64,000 nt of DNA from an uncultured SAR86 cluster bacterium (lineage in GTDB: Bacteria; Pseudomonadota; Gammaproteobacteria; Magnimaribacterales; D2472): NCBI GenBank assembly GCA_902557575.1, contig CACEAR010000001.1, positions 406,674 through 470,673 of the forward strand, read 5' to 3'. The notes under the pieces were generated by a model. The model was not told the DNA's origin. It worked only from the letters and a program-made list of their open reading frames with translations, and searched no databases. Below are positions 9,669 to 22,245 of the stretch, piece by piece. Every line of letters starts with the position of its first letter. The stretch's first letter is position 1. The position numbers and the translations under genes are program-made.

Positions 9669-12600
9669 TTGAAAGAATTACTTAACTTATTGCAATCAAA
9701 CCAAGACGATTTTTCATCTATTTCTGCTGGCTTGGCATCTCCACAAATGGTTAGATCATGGTCATTTGGCGAAGTAAAAAAACCTGAGACTATTAACTAT
9801 AGAACCTTTAAACCTGAAAGAGATGGTCTCTTCTGCGCAAAGATTTTTGGACCAATCAAAGACTATGAGTGTGTTTGCGGTAAATATAAGAGAATGAAGC
9901 ACAGAGGAGTAGTGTGTGAAAAATGTGGTGTAGAAGTCACTCTAGCAAAGGTAAGAAGAGATAGAATGGGTCATATTGAGCTAGCAGCTCCAGTTGCTCA
10001 TATATGGTTCTTAAAATCATTACCTTCAAGAATAGGTCTTCTCCTTGATGTAACTTTGAGAGAAATTGAGAGAGTTCTATATTTTGAGAGTTTTATAGTA
10101 ACTGATCCAGGAATGACTGATTTAGAAACTGGAGACATTCTTACTGAAGAAGAATACATTGAAGCTTATGACCAATATGGTGATGAGTTTAAAGCTGGAA
10201 TGGGTGCAGAAGCAGTTAAATTATTACTCGAAGAGCTCGATATAGAAGAAGAGATAAGAATTCTTAGAGAAGAAATTCCTCAAACAAACTCTGAAACAAA
10301 ACTAAAAAAGATCTCAAAAAGATTAAAGCTGCTTGAGGCATTTAAGGCTTCTGGCAACAAGCCAGAGTGGATGATAATGGATGTTCTTCCAGTATTACCT
10401 CCAGACCTAAGACCGCTCGTGCCTCTTGAAGGAGGAAGGTTTGCTACTTCTGATCTTAATGATCTATACAGAAGAGTAATTAACAGAAACAACAGATTAA
10501 AAAGATTATTGGAGCTAAATGCACCTGACATCATTGTAAGAAATGAAAAAAGAATGCTTCAAGAATCAGTTGATGCTCTTCTTGATAATGGAAGAAGAGG
10601 AAGAGTTATAACTGGAACTAATAAAAGACCTCTAAAGTCTCTTGCTGATATGATCAAAGGTAAGGGTGGAAGGTTTAGACAAAATCTTCTTGGTAAGCGA
10701 GTTGATTACTCTGGAAGATCTGTAATTGTGTCTGGGCCAAATCTAAAGCTTCACCAATGTGGATTACCAAAAAAAATGGCATTAGAGCTATTCAAACCAT
10801 TTGTCTACGGAAGGTTGGAGCATAAAGAGCTAGCAACGACAATTAAAGCTGCTAAGAGGCTTGTTGAAAGAGAGACCCCAGAGGTTTGGGAAGCTCTAGA
10901 AGAGGTTATCAGAGAGCATCCAGTTCTATTAAATAGGGCTCCAACATTGCATCGTCTTGGTATTCAGGCATTTGAACCTCTATTAATTGAGGGTAAGGCT
11001 ATACAGCTTCATCCATTGGTATGTGTTGCTTATAATGCAGACTTTGATGGCGATCAGATGGCTGTCCATGTTCCATTAACAGTTGAAGCTCAACTTGAGG
11101 CTAGAGCGTTAATGATGTCGACTAATAATATTCTTTCTCCCGCTGATGGAGCTCCAATTATTAATCCAACTCAGGATGTTGTTCTTGGTCTTTACTACAT
11201 GACAAGAGAGAAAGTTAATTCTCATGGAGAAGGAAGAGTATTTTCAAACCCTGATGAGGTTCAAAGAGCTTTTGAATCTGAACAAATAGATCTTCATGCA
11301 AAAATAAAAGTAAGAATAGAAAATGCTGAGAAGGGTGTTTTTATTGAGGATACTACCGTTGGAAGAACCCTTATCTGGAGAATCACACCAATTGAAGTTG
11401 GATTCGACAATGTAAATAAAACACTAGACAAAAAAGCAGTTTCGTCGCTTATTGATCTTTCCTACAGAAAAGCTGGTTTGAAGAAGACTGTAATTTTTGC
11501 CGATCAATTAATGTACCTTGGCTTTGACTTCTCAACTAGATCAGGCTCATCGATTGGTGTCGATGATTTTGTTATTCCTGAAGAGAAATATGAAATTGTA
11601 GACAAGGCAGAGGATGAGGTTAAGGAAATTGAGAACCAATTCTCATCTGGGCTGGTAACTAGAGGTGAAAGATATAACAAGGTAGTTGATATATGGTCTA
11701 GAGCAAATGAAAGAGTTGCTAAGGCAATGATGGAAAAAATTAGCAAAGACAGTGTTGAGGATTCTGATGGTAATGAAGTTGAACAAGCTTCTTTTAATTC
11801 AGTATATATATATGCTGATTCAGGAGCTAGAGGATCACCGGCTCAAATTAGGCAGCTATCAGGTATGAGAGGACTAATGTCAAAACCAGATGGCTCAATT
11901 ATTGAGACTCCTATTACTGCAAACTTCAGAGAAGGTCTTTCTGTTCTTCAGTACTTTATCTCAACTCACGGAGCAAGGAAGGGTCTGGCAGATACAGCAT
12001 TAAAAACTGCAAACTCAGGCTATTTAACAAGAAGACTATGTGACGTATCAATGGATTCAGTTATTACTGAAGAGGATTGTGGTACAGAGGATTCAATAGA
12101 AATGAATGCAATTATTGATGGCGGTGAAATCATTCAAGATCTCACTGACAGAATTCTTGGAAGAGTAATTGCTGAACCTATTCTTGATAATGAAGGAAAT
12201 GAACTTTTCCCTAAAGATACTCTCATTGATGAAGATGCATTGCTGAAGATCGAACCACTAAATCTTTCAACGCTTAAAGTTAGGTCACCGATGACATGTG
12301 AATCCAGTTTCGGTGTTTGTGCTAAATGCTATGGTAGAGACTTAGCAAGAGGACATCTTGTTCACAGAGGTGAAGCTGTAGGTGTGGTTGCTGCGCAATC
12401 AATTGGAGAGCCAGGTACGCAGTTAACTATGAGAACCTTCCATATTGGGGGAGCTGCTTCAAGCTCATCCGAGGATGATTCAATAATTAGCAGAAACGAT
12501 GGATCTGTAATTTTTTCAGATGATATCAAAAGCGTTAAGAATAAAGATAAGCTAGAAGTTGTTATTTCAAGAAATTCAACTTTATCAATTTCTGATAATC

Positions 12601-13901
12601 AAGGAAAGATCGTTGAGCAATACAAGATACCTTATGGTTCTACTTTATTAGTTGCTAACAATGCTAAAGTAGAGCTTGGACAAAAAATTGCTACATGGGA
12701 TCCATATACTCGTCCAATAATTTCAGAAGCTTCTGGAAAGGTAAAATTTGCTGATATAGAAGAAGGTGTATCAGTTAGAGCTTCAACTGATGAATTAACT
12801 GGATTAAGTAGTATCGAAGTTATTGATGGTTCTGAGAGGCCTTCAGCTGGTAAGGATTTAGTTCCATCAGTCAGCCTTACAGATGGTAGAGGGAAACAAT
12901 TAACACATCCTGAAAATAATCAACCATTTACATATGCTTTGCCTGCTTCAGCATTATTAAATCTTGAAGATGGTCAAAAAATAACTGCTGGTGAAGTTAT
13001 TGCAAGGATTCCACTCGAAGGGTCTAAAACTAAAGATATTACAGGTGGACTTCCAAGAGTTGCTGACTTATTTGAAGCTAGAACGCCAAAAGATGCGGCT
13101 GTTCTCGCAGAAGAGTCAGGAATGGTTTCCTTTGGTAAAGAAACCAAAGGAAAAGTTAGACTTGTTATTACTCCAGATGGAGCCTCTAAAAAGTCTCAAA
13201 ATGTAGAAATGCTAATACCTAAACATAGAACGCTCTCAGTGTTTGAAGGTGAGAGAGTAGAAAAGGGTGACATTGTCAGTGATGGTCCATACAGTCCTCA
13301 TGATATTTTAAGACTTAAAGGTATACCTTCTCTTACAAATTTCATTGTAAATGAGATTCAACAAGTCTATAGACTTCAAGGAGTTTCTATAAATGATAAG
13401 CACATTGAAACTATTCTCAGACAAATGCTAAGAAAAGCATTAATTGTTGATGGCGGTGATACAAAATTCATCCAAGGCGATCAAGTGGAATATGCTGAGT
13501 TAGTTGAAGCTAATAAAATGGCAGAATCTAATGATCAACAGCCAGCAACATATGAAAGAGTTTTATTAGGAATTACAAAAGCGTCCCTTGCAACAAATTC
13601 ATTTATATCTGCAGCATCTTTCCAAGAGACAACAAGAGTCCTTACAGAAGCAGCTGTTACTGGAAAGAAAGATGGTTTAAGAGGCCTTAAAGAGAATGTT
13701 GTTGTTGGAAGACTTATCCCTGCTGGGACTGGTATGGATTTCCATGACAAGCTAAAAACTAAATCACCTGATTCAGATGAATATACTCTCTCTTCAGATG
13801 ATCTTGAAGCAGCTCTCAGACAGGAGATTCAAGATACTAATACTGAGGCTGAAGAACAATCTGAGCCTGAATCTGAAAAACCAGTTGACGATAACGAATG
13901 A
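9669..13901 (+). CDS. rpoC: RNA polymerase beta' subunit (TTG start)
   Basis: [12 protein letters not shown], Zn finger CVCGK...[21 protein letters not shown]. Confidence 0.99.
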   Translation: MKELLNLLQSNQDDFSSISAGLASPQMVRSWSFGEVKKPETINYRTFKPERDGLFCAKIFGPIKDYECVCGKYKRMKHRGVVCEKCGVEVTLAKVRRDRMGHIELAAPVAHIWFLKSLPSRIGLLLDVTLREIERVLYFESFIVTDPGMTDLETGDILTEEEYIEAYDQYGDEFKAGMGAEAVKLLLEELDIEEEIRILREEIPQTNSETKLKKISKRLKLLEAFKASGNKPEWMIMDVLPVLPPDLRPLVPLEGGRFATSDLNDLYRRVINRNNRLKRLLELNAPDIIVRNEKRMLQESVDALLDNGRRGRVITGTNKRPLKSLADMIKGKGGRFRQNLLGKRVDYSGRSVIVSGPNLKLHQCGLPKKMALELFKPFVYGRLEHKELATTIKAAKRLVERETPEVWEALEEVIREHPVLLNRAPTLHRLGIQAFEPLLIEGKAIQLHPLVCVAYNADFDGDQMAVHVPLTVEAQLEARALMMSTNNILSPADGAPIINPTQDVVLGLYYMTREKVNSHGEGRVFSNPDEVQRAFESEQIDLHAKIKVRIENAEKGVFIEDTTVGRTLIWRITPIEVGFDNVNKTLDKKAVSSLIDLSYRKAGLKKTVIFADQLMYLGFDFSTRSGSSIGVDDFVIPEEKYEIVDKAEDEVKEIENQFSSGLVTRGERYNKVVDIWSRANERVAKAMMEKISKDSVEDSDGNEVEQASFNSVYIYADSGARGSPAQIRQLSGMRGLMSKPDGSIIETPITANFREGLSVLQYFISTHGARKGLADTALKTANSGYLTRRLCDVSMDSVITEEDCGTEDSIEMNAIIDGGEIIQDLTDRILGRVIAEPILDNEGNELFPKDTLIDEDALLKIEPLNLSTLKVRSPMTCESSFGVCAKCYGRDLARGHLVHRGEAVGVVAAQSIGEPGTQLTMRTFHIGGAASSSSEDDSIISRNDGSVIFSDDIKSVKNKDKLEVVISRNSTLSISDNQGKIVEQYKIPYGSTLLVANNAKVELGQKIATWDPYTRPIISEASGKVKFADIEEGVSVRASTDELTGLSSIEVIDGSERPSAGKDLVPSVSLTDGRGKQLTHPENNQPFTYALPASALLNLEDGQKITAGEVIARIPLEGSKTKDITGGLPRVADLFEARTPKDAAVLAEESGMVSFGKETKGKVRLVITPDGASKKSQNVEMLIPKHRTLSVFEGERVEKGDIVSDGPYSPHDILRLKGIPSLTNFIVNEIQQVYRLQGVSINDKHIETILRQMLRKALIVDGGDTKFIQGDQVEYAELVEANKMAESNDQQPATYERVLLGITKASLATNSFISAASFQETTRVLTEAAVTGKKDGLRGLKENVVVGRLIPAGTGMDFHDKLKTKSPDSDEYTLSSDDLEAALRQEIQDTNTEAEEQSEPESEKPVDDNE

Positions 13902-13919
13902 GCTATATAGAATCACGGC
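13885..13919 (+). promoter_or_regulatory. Sigma70 promoter for rpsL-rpsG-fusA overlapping the rpoC 3' end
   Basis: TTGACG(13885-13890)-N17-TAGAAT(13908-13913)-CACGGC. Confidence 0.75.
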
Positions 13920-13934
13920 TTTTAGATAATTAAT

Positions 13935-14779
<845 letters not shown>

Positions 14780-14782
14780 GAA

Positions 14783-16876
14783 ATGGCTAGAGAAACTGAA
14801 TTAAGTAAATATAGAAATATCGGTATTTGTGCTCACGTTGATGCAGGTAAGACTACAACAACGGAAAGAGTGCTTTTCTACACAGGTCTATCTCATAAGA
14901 TAGGAGAAGTTCATGATGGTGCAGCTACTATGGACTGGATGGAGCAAGAGCAAGAGAGAGGTATAACAATTACCTCTGCTGCAACTACTTGTTTTTGGAG
15001 CGGAATGGAGCAACAGTTTCCAAAGCATAGAATAAATATTATTGATACACCGGGACACGTTGATTTCACAATTGAAGTTGAAAGATCCTTAAGAGTTTTA
15101 GATGGTGCAGTAGTTGTGTTTTGTGGTACATCTGGTGTTGAGCCTCAATCAGAAACTGTTTGGCGTCAATGTAATAGATATGAAGTACCTAGAATTGTTT
15201 TTGTTAACAAAATGGATAGAGCTGGTGCTGATTTTGAAAGAGTCGTTGATCAAGTAAGAGAAAGACTTGGATCAACAGTGGTTCCCATACAATTGAATAT
15301 AGGCGCTGAGGACGATTTTAAAGGCGTTGTAGATTTAATTAGAATGAAAGCAATTTACTGGAATGAAGATGACCAAGGCCTTACTTTTGACCTTGAAGAA
15401 ATTCCAGAGGATCTTAAAGCTAGATGTGATGAGCTAAGAGAGCAGATGTTAGAGACAGCTGCTGAGGCAAATGAAGAATTGATGGAAGCTTATCTTGAGA
15501 GTGGAGAGCTTACAGAAGATCAAATAAGAGAAGGACTAAGATTGAGGACTCTCAACAATGAAATAGTTCTTGCTATGTGTGGTTCTGCATTTAAAAACAA
15601 AGGTGTTCAAGCGGTGCTTGACGCGGTGATTGAGTTTTTGCCGGCTCCAAATGAAGTTGCAGCAATTCAGGGTGTCCTTCCAGGTGAGGAAGAAAAAACT
15701 GACTCTAGGTCTTCTTCAGATGATGAGCCATTCTCAGCTTTAGCTTTTAAAATAGCTACAGATCCATTTGTAGGAACATTAACATTTATCAGAGTTTACT
15801 CTGGTGTTCTATCCGTTGGTGATGGAGTGGTCAATTCAACACGAAGCAAAAAAGAGCGTGTTGGAAGAATGGTGCAAATGCATTCTAACAGCAGAAATGA
15901 AATCAAAGAGATCCGAGCTGGAGATATTGCTGCCTGTATTGGCCTTAAAGATATTACTACTGGTGATACCCTATGCGACACGAAAGATCAGATAATTCTT
16001 GAAAAAATGGACTTTCCAGAGCCAGTTATTTCTGTAGCTGTGGAACCAAAATCTAAGCCAGACCAAGAGAAAATGTCATTAGCTCTTCAAAAACTAGCTA
16101 AAGAGGATCCTTCTTTTAGAGTTCATACAGACGAAGAATCGGGCCAAACAATTATTTCTGGAATGGGAGAACTTCATTTAGACGTTCTAGTCGATAGAAT
16201 GAAAAGAGAGTTTTCTGTTGAAGCTAATATTGGTAAACCTCAAGTTGCCTACAGAGAGACTATTAAAGAAACAATAGATATTGAAGGTAAATTTGTTCGT
16301 CAGAGTGGTGGTAAAGGGCAATATGGCCATGTTTGGCTAAAGTTAGAGCCTTTGGGTCTTGATGATGACTACGAATTTGTCGACGAAATAGTTGGTGGAG
16401 TAGTACCAAAAGAGTACATTCCTGCTGTCGATAAGGGAATTCAAGAACAAATGCAAAATGGTGTAGTTGCCGGTTATCCATTACTAGCTTTAAAAGCAAC
16501 ACTATATGATGGCTCTTATCACGATGTCGACTCAAGTGAGATGGCATTTAAAATCGCCGGGTCTATGGCTTTAAAAGAAGGTGCACTTAAAGCAAAACCA
16601 GTTATCCTTGAACCAATTATGAAAGTTGAAGTAGTAACTCCTGAAGAGCATATGGGAGATGTAGTTGGTGATTTAAACAGAAGAAGAGGAATAATTTTAG
16701 GAATGGATGAGATACCTTCAGGTAAAACTGTTCAATCAGAGGTTCCTTTATCAGAGATGTTTGGTTATGCAACAGATTTAAGGTCTCAAACCCAAGGAAG
16801 AGCGAGTTTTTCAATGGAATTTCTTAAATATGCAGACGTTCCATCAAGCATTGCAGAAGAGCTAAAAACGGCTTAA
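14783..16876 (+). CDS. fusA: Elongation factor G
   Basis: [36 protein letters not shown]. Confidence 0.99.
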   Translation: MARETELSKYRNIGICAHVDAGKTTTTERVLFYTGLSHKIGEVHDGAATMDWMEQEQERGITITSAATTCFWSGMEQQFPKHRINIIDTPGHVDFTIEVERSLRVLDGAVVVFCGTSGVEPQSETVWRQCNRYEVPRIVFVNKMDRAGADFERVVDQVRERLGSTVVPIQLNIGAEDDFKGVVDLIRMKAIYWNEDDQGLTFDLEEIPEDLKARCDELREQMLETAAEANEELMEAYLESGELTEDQIREGLRLRTLNNEIVLAMCGSAFKNKGVQAVLDAVIEFLPAPNEVAAIQGVLPGEEEKTDSRSSSDDEPFSALAFKIATDPFVGTLTFIRVYSGVLSVGDGVVNSTRSKKERVGRMVQMHSNSRNEIKEIRAGDIAACIGLKDITTGDTLCDTKDQIILEKMDFPEPVISVAVEPKSKPDQEKMSLALQKLAKEDPSFRVHTDEESGQTIISGMGELHLDVLVDRMKREFSVEANIGKPQVAYRETIKETIDIEGKFVRQSGGKGQYGHVWLKLEPLGLDDDYEFVDEIVGGVVPKEYIPAVDKGIQEQMQNGVVAGYPLLALKATLYDGSYHDVDSSEMAFKIAGSMALKEGALKAKPVILEPIMKVEVVTPEEHMGDVVGDLNRRRGIILGMDEIPSGKTVQSEVPLSEMFGYATDLRSQTQGRASFSMEFLKYADVPSSIAEELKTA

Positions 16877-16907
16877 TTTTTTTATTAAAATAAATATTGT
16901 TTTTTTG

Positions 16908-16944
16908 TTGACATATTAGGCTCTAGAGACCTAAAATACGCCAC
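16908..16944 (+). promoter_or_regulatory. Sigma70 promoter of the S10 cluster with GC-rich discriminator
   Basis: TTGACA(16908-16913)-N18-TAAAAT(16932-16937)-ACGCCAC. Confidence 0.75.
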
Positions 16945-16993
16945 ATTTTGCATTTTGCGAGATATTTTTAATAGAGGAATTTTAGTTTAAATA

Positions 16994-17305
16994 ATGGAAA
17001 ATCAGGCTATAAGAATAAGACTAAAAGCTTTTGACTATAGACTTATTGATGCCTCTACTAGACAAATCGTAGAAACCGCAAAAAAGACAGGCGCAGTGGT
17101 AAAAGGTCCGATTCCACTGCCTGTTAAAAAAGAGAGGACCACTATATTGATTTCGCCGCATAAAGATAAAGATGCTAGAGATCAATATGAAATAAGAACT
17201 TATAAAAGGCTCTTAGATATTATTAAGCCAACAGATAAAACTGTTGATGCATTAATGAAACTAGATTTATCTGCAGGTGTTGATGTGCAGATAAGCATTA
17301 GCTAA
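16994..17305 (+). CDS. rpsJ: 30S ribosomal protein S10
   Basis: [33 protein letters not shown]. Confidence 0.99.
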   Translation: MENQAIRIRLKAFDYRLIDASTRQIVETAKKTGAVVKGPIPLPVKKERTTILISPHKDKDARDQYEIRTYKRLLDIIKPTDKTVDALMKLDLSAGVDVQISIS

Positions 17306-17307
17306 GA

Positions 17308-17349
17308 GTAAACGCGTAAGCGGCCATAGAGGGTTTTAAGCCCCGTAAT
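17308..17349 (+). ncRNA. Candidate cis-regulatory RNA mimicking 23S rRNA H18-H20 (putative L4/L24-binding r-leader) in the rpsJ-rplC spacer
   Basis: AAA-CGC-GTAA-GCG-GCCATAGA-GGG-TTTTAA-GC-CCC-GTA; 20 of 34 nt G+C over 17313-17346; architecture matches rRNA GGAA-stem-GNRA-stem-GCGAUACA-GGGUGACAGCCCCGUA (from memory). Confidence 0.7.
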
Positions 17350-17361
17350 AAGGAGAATAAA

Positions 17362-17988
17362 TTGAGTTTAGGCTTAATTGGAAAAAAATCGGGAATGTCT
17401 AGGGTCTTCCAAGAAGATGGAGACTCAATTCCAGTATCTATTGTTTCTGTATTTGGTAACTATGTCGCAGGTATCAAAACGAAAGAATCTGACGGTTACG
17501 ACGCTGTTCTTGTCTCAAAAACTGAAAACAAAAAAAATCGCTCTAAATCACAAAAAGAGTTTTTCGCTAAAGTAAATGTTACTCCTGGAACACTCAATGA
17601 ATTTAAGTTAAGTGAGAATTCTGATCGAAACATTGGTGATCATCTTACAGCAGACCTATTTGAAGTGGGACAACATGTTGATGTAACTGGAACATCTAAG
17701 GGTAAAGGATATGCCGGAGTTATAAAAAGGCATAACTTTAAGATGCAAGATGCTACTCATGGTAATTCACTATCCCATAGAGCACATGGATCTATAGGAC
17801 AATGTCAGACTCCTGGAAGAGTATGGAAGGGTAAAAAGATGTCTGGTCACATGGGAAATGAAAGAAAAACTATTCAAAACTTAGAAATCATCAATGTTGA
17901 TGTTGAAAATAATCTTCTATTTATTAAGGGAGCTATACCAGGCTTTAATGGCTCAAAAGTAACAATCAAACCATCGATTAAGAAATGA
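17362..17988 (+). CDS. rplC: 50S ribosomal protein L3 (TTG start)
   Basis: GLIGKKSGMS, SKGKGYAGVIKRHNF, HGNSLSHRAHGSIG; SD AGGAG at 17351-17355. Confidence 0.98.
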   Translation: MSLGLIGKKSGMSRVFQEDGDSIPVSIVSVFGNYVAGIKTKESDGYDAVLVSKTENKKNRSKSQKEFFAKVNVTPGTLNEFKLSENSDRNIGDHLTADLFEVGQHVDVTGTSKGKGYAGVIKRHNFKMQDATHGNSLSHRAHGSIGQCQTPGRVWKGKKMSGHMGNERKTIQNLEIINVDVENNLLFIKGAIPGFNGSKVTIKPSIKK

Positions 17989-18596
17989 AGTTAAGCGTAT
18001 TGTCCACATCAAAAAGTAAGAAAGAAGATATCGTTCTTTCCGATGCTTTTGTTAAAGACTATAACGAATCTTTAGTTCATCAAGCAGTTGTAACCTATCT
18101 TGCTGGCATGAGACAGGGTTCTCATAAGCAGAAGAACAGATCTGAAGTAAGAGGCGGTGGAAAGAAGCCATATAGACAAAAAGGAACTGGTAGAGCAAGA
18201 GCTGGAACCATTAGGAGTCCGATTTGGAGAGGTGGAGGAGTTACATTTGCTTCAAGACCCAGAGATTATTCAAAAAAAATAAATAAGAAAATGTATAAAG
18301 CTGCATTGAGGTCAATTTTTTCTGAGCTTCTCAGACAAGAAAAGCTTATTGCAATAGAGCATCCAAAAATAAAGAATCCAAAAACAAAGGAAATGGTAAG
18401 TTTCTTATCTAAACTATCGTTAGAGAATGTACTAATTATCACTGATGAAATTGATAAGAATTTACATTTAGCATCTCGAAACATTCCTCATGTGAATGTT
18501 GTCACAACCGCTGAAATTAATCCGGTTATGTTGCTTAAGCCACATAAGGTTGCAATTACACCTGCAGCTTTTAAGAAGATAGAGGAGCTTATCTAA
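17985..18596 (+). CDS. rplD: 50S ribosomal protein L4
   Basis: KPYRQKGTGRARAGTIRSPIWRGGG. Confidence 0.99.
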   Translation: MKLSVLSTSKSKKEDIVLSDAFVKDYNESLVHQAVVTYLAGMRQGSHKQKNRSEVRGGGKKPYRQKGTGRARAGTIRSPIWRGGGVTFASRPRDYSKKINKKMYKAALRSIFSELLRQEKLIAIEHPKIKNPKTKEMVSFLSKLSLENVLIITDEIDKNLHLASRNIPHVNVVTTAEINPVMLLKPHKVAITPAAFKKIEELI

Positions 18597-18889
18597 TGGA
18601 TATGAAATTATATAAAGTTCTTAAAGCCCCTCATATAACTGAACAATCTTCTCAACTCAGCCAAGATTTAAAGCAAATTGTTTTTAAAGTCGATAAAGGA
18701 GCTAACAAAAGAGAAATTAAGAAAGCTGTAGAAAATCTTTTCAATGTAACGGTTGTCAAAGTAACGACTTCAGTTGTTAAAGGTAAGACTAAAAGAAATA
18801 GATTTGGAGTTTATAAAAGATCTGATTACAAAAAGGCCTTTGTGTCTTTGAGTCCTGATTCTGATATTCAATTCGAGGGAGTGAACTAA
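18596..18889 (+). CDS. rplW: 50S ribosomal protein L23
   Basis: [28 protein letters not shown]. Confidence 0.98.
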   Translation: MDMKLYKVLKAPHITEQSSQLSQDLKQIVFKVDKGANKREIKKAVENLFNVTVVKVTTSVVKGKTKRNRFGVYKRSDYKKAFVSLSPDSDIQFEGVN

Positions 18890-18890
18890 G

Positions 18891-19721
18891 ATGCCTGTTC
18901 AAAAAGCAAAACCAACTAGCCCAGGTAGAAGATTTGTTGTCTCTCTTAAGAAAAACAATTTGCATAGAGGTAAGCCTTTCAAAGGCCTTATAGAGCCAAA
19001 ATCTAAGAAAGGTGGAAGAAATAATAACGGAAGGATAACCGTAAGACATCAAGGTGGAGGTCATAAGCGTCATTACAGAGTAATTGACTTTAAGAGGAAT
19101 AAGCTTGATATACCAGCTATTGTCGAAAGAATTGAATACGATCCAAACAGATCAGCTAATATTGCACTTCTTAAATATGCTGATGGAGAGAGAAGGTATA
19201 TTTTATGTCCCAGTAAAATGGAAATAGGTACAGAAATTATTTCCTCCGATAAAGCCGATATTAAGGATGGTAACTCGCTTAAATTAAAGGATATTCCTCT
19301 TGGCACAAATATTCATTGTGTAGAAATGAAACCTGGTAAAGGTGGACAGATAGCAAGAAGTGCTGGGACTTCTGCAAGACTTGTAGCAAAAGAAGGAATC
19401 TACTCAACCTTAAGATTACAATCAGGAGAGATGAGGAAAGTTCTTTCTGATTGCAGAGCTACTCTTGGAACAGTATCAAATCAAGAGAATAATCTTAAGT
19501 CTATTGGAAAAGCTGGTGCAAACAGATGGAGAGGAAAGAGACCAACTGTAAGAGGTGTAGCTATGAACCCTATTGACCACCCACATGGTGGGGGTGAGGG
19601 AAGAACATCAGGTGGAAGACATCCTTCTACTCCATGGGGTGTTCCAACTAAGGGATACAAAACTAGAAAGAATACGAGATCTGATAACTTAATTGTCAGA
19701 AGAAGAGGTAAGAGGAGCTAA
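18891..19721 (+). CDS. rplB: 50S ribosomal protein L2
   Basis: [26 protein letters not shown]. Confidence 0.99.
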   Translation: MPVQKAKPTSPGRRFVVSLKKNNLHRGKPFKGLIEPKSKKGGRNNNGRITVRHQGGGHKRHYRVIDFKRNKLDIPAIVERIEYDPNRSANIALLKYADGERRYILCPSKMEIGTEIISSDKADIKDGNSLKLKDIPLGTNIHCVEMKPGKGGQIARSAGTSARLVAKEGIYSTLRLQSGEMRKVLSDCRATLGTVSNQENNLKSIGKAGANRWRGKRPTVRGVAMNPIDHPHGGGEGRTSGGRHPSTPWGVPTKGYKTRKNTRSDNLIVRRRGKRS

Positions 19722-19723
19722 TA

Positions 19724-19996
19724 ATGCCAAGATCACTTAAAAAGGGACCATTTATAGACTTATCTTTGCAGAAAAAGGTAGATGCTGCGATAGCTAATAA
19801 TGATAAGAAGCCTATAAAGACTTGGTCAAGAAGGTCTATGATCTCGCCTACAATGGTTGGTCTTACGATCGCTGTTCATAATGGAAGACAACATGTTCCC
19901 GTTTACATAAATGAAGACATGGTTGGTCATAAACTCGGTGAATTTGCATTAACTAGAACTTTCAAAATGCATTCAGGAGATAGAAAGGCAAAATAA
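19724..19996 (+). CDS. rpsS: 30S ribosomal protein S19
   Basis: [24 protein letters not shown]. Confidence 0.99.
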   Translation: MPRSLKKGPFIDLSLQKKVDAAIANNDKKPIKTWSRRSMISPTMVGLTIAVHNGRQHVPVYINEDMVGHKLGEFALTRTFKMHSGDRKAK

Positions 19997-20334
19997 TGGA
20001 AACTAGAGCATATTTAAAAGGAACCAGATTATCGCCACAAAAGGCTGGTCTTGTTGCGGATGTAATTAGAGGTAAAACCATTCAAGAAGCAATGGACTTC
20101 CTTTCGTTCAGCAAAAAGAAAGGCTCAGAAGTTATGAAAAAATTACTTGAGTCTGCAATTGCGAACGCTGAGCATAATGAGAATGCAGACATAGACAAAC
20201 TTTTTGTTAAGTCAGTAATAGTTAATCAAGGATTGAGATTGAAGAGAATGAAACCAAGGGCAAGGGGAAGAGCAGACAGAATTATAAAGCCAACTTGCCA
20301 TATAGAAATTATTTTAGCGGACGGAGAAGCTTAA
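19996..20334 (+). CDS. rplV: 50S ribosomal protein L22
   Basis: [19 protein letters not shown]. Confidence 0.99.
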   Translation: METRAYLKGTRLSPQKAGLVADVIRGKTIQEAMDFLSFSKKKGSEVMKKLLESAIANAEHNENADIDKLFVKSVIVNQGLRLKRMKPRARGRADRIIKPTCHIEIILADGEA

Positions 20335-20990
20335 TGGGTCAGAAAGTACATCCAACAGGAATGAGACTTGGAATTATCAAGAAGCATAATGCTAATTGGT
20401 ATGCAAAAGGTAAAGATTATCCAAAATTCTTAAATGAAGATCTTAAGGTAAGAGAGTTCATTGGTACTAAGCTTAAATTCTCATCAATCAGCAAAGTTGA
20501 ATTAGATAGATCTGCTCAAGCTTATGTTGTGAATATCCACTCATCGAGACCGGGAATAATTATCGGTAAAAAGGGTGAGGAAATAGAAAATCTTAAAAAA
20601 CAAATTAAAAAAATTGTTAATCTTCCGACACAAGTAAATATAAAGGAAGTAAGAAAGCCTGATTTAGATGCAACAATACTTGCTGAATCAGTTGCCCAAC
20701 AACTAGAGAGAAGAGTCCAATTTAGGAGAGCTATGAAAAGAGCTGTCCAAAGCGCATTAAGACAAAGTGCTAAAGGCGTAAGGGTAGAAATCTCTGGAAG
20801 GTTAAATGGTGCTGAGATTGCCAGAACTGAATGGTACAGAGAGGGCAGAGTTCCTCTTCATACTTTAAGAGCTGATGTGGATTATGGAACTGCTGAAGCC
20901 TTAACTACATATGGGATTATTGGAATAAAAGTTTGGGTCTATAAGGGCGAAATTATTGGAGATCCAATTAAAGAGGGAGTGAGCAGTTAA
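20334..20990 (+). CDS. rpsC: 30S ribosomal protein S3
   Basis: [21 protein letters not shown]; start trimmed (TAATG overlap). Confidence 0.99.
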   Translation: MGQKVHPTGMRLGIIKKHNANWYAKGKDYPKFLNEDLKVREFIGTKLKFSSISKVELDRSAQAYVVNIHSSRPGIIIGKKGEEIENLKKQIKKIVNLPTQVNIKEVRKPDLDATILAESVAQQLERRVQFRRAMKRAVQSALRQSAKGVRVEISGRLNGAEIARTEWYREGRVPLHTLRADVDYGTAEALTTYGIIGIKVWVYKGEIIGDPIKEGVSS

Positions 20991-20995
20991 GTATT

Positions 20996-21406
20996 ATGTT
21001 ACAACCAAAACAAACAAAATATAGAAAAATGCATAAAGGCAGGAACAGAGGCCTTGCTCAAAATGGTAATACTGTTGCATTTGGAAGATTTGGACTAGTT
21101 GCACAAACTAGGGGAAGAATTACATCTCGTCAAATTGAGTCTGCAAGAAGAGCCATGACAAGATATGTAAAGAGGGGCGGAAACATTTGGATACGAATAT
21201 TTCCCGATAAACCAATAACAAAGAAACCACTTGAAACCAGAATGGGTAAGGGTAAAGGAAATGTTGAGTATTGGGTTGCTCTTGTTCAGCCAGGAAAGGT
21301 TTTGTATGAAATGTCTGGTGTTAGTGAGGAAGTTGCAAGAGAGGCATTCAGACTGGCTAGTGCAAAGCTTCCAGTTAAGACTGTGTTTAAGGAAAAAGAG
21401 AATTAA
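20996..21406 (+). CDS. rplP: 50S ribosomal protein L16
   Basis: [18 protein letters not shown]. Confidence 0.99.
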   Translation: MLQPKQTKYRKMHKGRNRGLAQNGNTVAFGRFGLVAQTRGRITSRQIESARRAMTRYVKRGGNIWIRIFPDKPITKKPLETRMGKGKGNVEYWVALVQPGKVLYEMSGVSEEVAREAFRLASAKLPVKTVFKEKEN

Positions 21407-21408
21407 AA

Positions 21409-21627
21409 ATGGCTAATAAAGAATTAGATAAGTTAAGAGGTATGTCAGTTTCTGATCTCAATAAGAGTCTTGAAACTATATATAAAGAACAGTTTGAGGA
21501 TAACTTAAAACTTAAGACTGGCCAGCTAAATGAAACACATAAAATTAGCCTAAACAGAAAACAGGTGGCAAGAATTAAAACGGTTATATCTGAGAAAAAT
21601 AATGCAGGTGATGAAAATGGAAAATAA
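21409..21627 (+). CDS. rpmC: 50S ribosomal protein L29
   Basis: [10 protein letters not shown]; position between rplP and rpsQ. Confidence 0.95.
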   Translation: MANKELDKLRGMSVSDLNKSLETIYKEQFEDNLKLKTGQLNETHKISLNRKQVARIKTVISEKNNAGDENGK

Positions 21628-21877
21628 GAATCCAAGAATATTATCAGGAGTTGTTGTAAGCAATAAAGCTGATAAAACTATCACCGTTAAAGTGGAAAGA
21701 AAAGTTAAACATCCTTTATATGGAAAGATAATGAGAAGATCTACTAAAGTTCATGCCCATGACGAAAACAATGTTGCAAATATCGGCGATTTCGTATCAG
21801 TAAAAGAGTGTAAGCCTTTTTCAAAAACAAAGACTTGGATTTTAGAGGAATCAGATTCAAGTGGAGGCGATTCCTAA
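21617..21877 (+). CDS. rpsQ: 30S ribosomal protein S17
   Basis: [23 protein letters not shown]; exact start uncertain (21611 or 21617). Confidence 0.97.
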   Translation: MENKNPRILSGVVVSNKADKTITVKVERKVKHPLYGKIMRRSTKVHAHDENNVANIGDFVSVKECKPFSKTKTWILEESDSSGGDS

Positions 21878-22245
21878 TGATACAAATGCAATCAATACTT
21901 AATATTGCTGACAATAGCGGAGCTAGATCTGTGATGTGCATAAAGGTCCTTGGGGGCTCCAAGAGACGCTATGCAAACGTCGGGGACATTATTAAGGTTG
22001 CTGTTAGAGAAGCTATACCTACTGGCAAAGTAAAAAAAGGACAAGTGGTAAATGCTCTTGTGGTCAGAACAAAGAAAGGAGTAAGAAGAAGAGATGGATC
22101 ATTAATAAAGTTTGATGAAAATGCTGCAGTTCTTCTTAACCAGCAAAACGCACCTATTGGTACAAGAGTTTTTGGACCAGTTACTAGAGAGTTGCGGTCT
22201 GGTAATTTTATGAAAATCTTATCACTTGCACCGGAGGTTCTTTAA
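21877..22245 (+). CDS. rplN: 50S ribosomal protein L14
   Basis: [28 protein letters not shown]. Confidence 0.99.
   Translation: MIQMQSILNIADNSGARSVMCIKVLGGSKRRYANVGDIIKVAVREAIPTGKVKKGQVVNALVVRTKKGVRRRDGSLIKFDENAAVLLNQQNAPIGTRVFGPVTRELRSGNFMKILSLAPEVL

Noticed and set aside
16919-16931. Near-palindrome GGCTCTAGAGACC in the S10 promoter spacer
   Set aside because: Only an 8-bp core, single occurrence noticed, expected by chance
17319-17330. GCGGCCATAG resemblance to the 5' end of 5S rRNA
   Set aside because: Match is short; the full element fits 23S H18-H20 much better and no 5S fold follows
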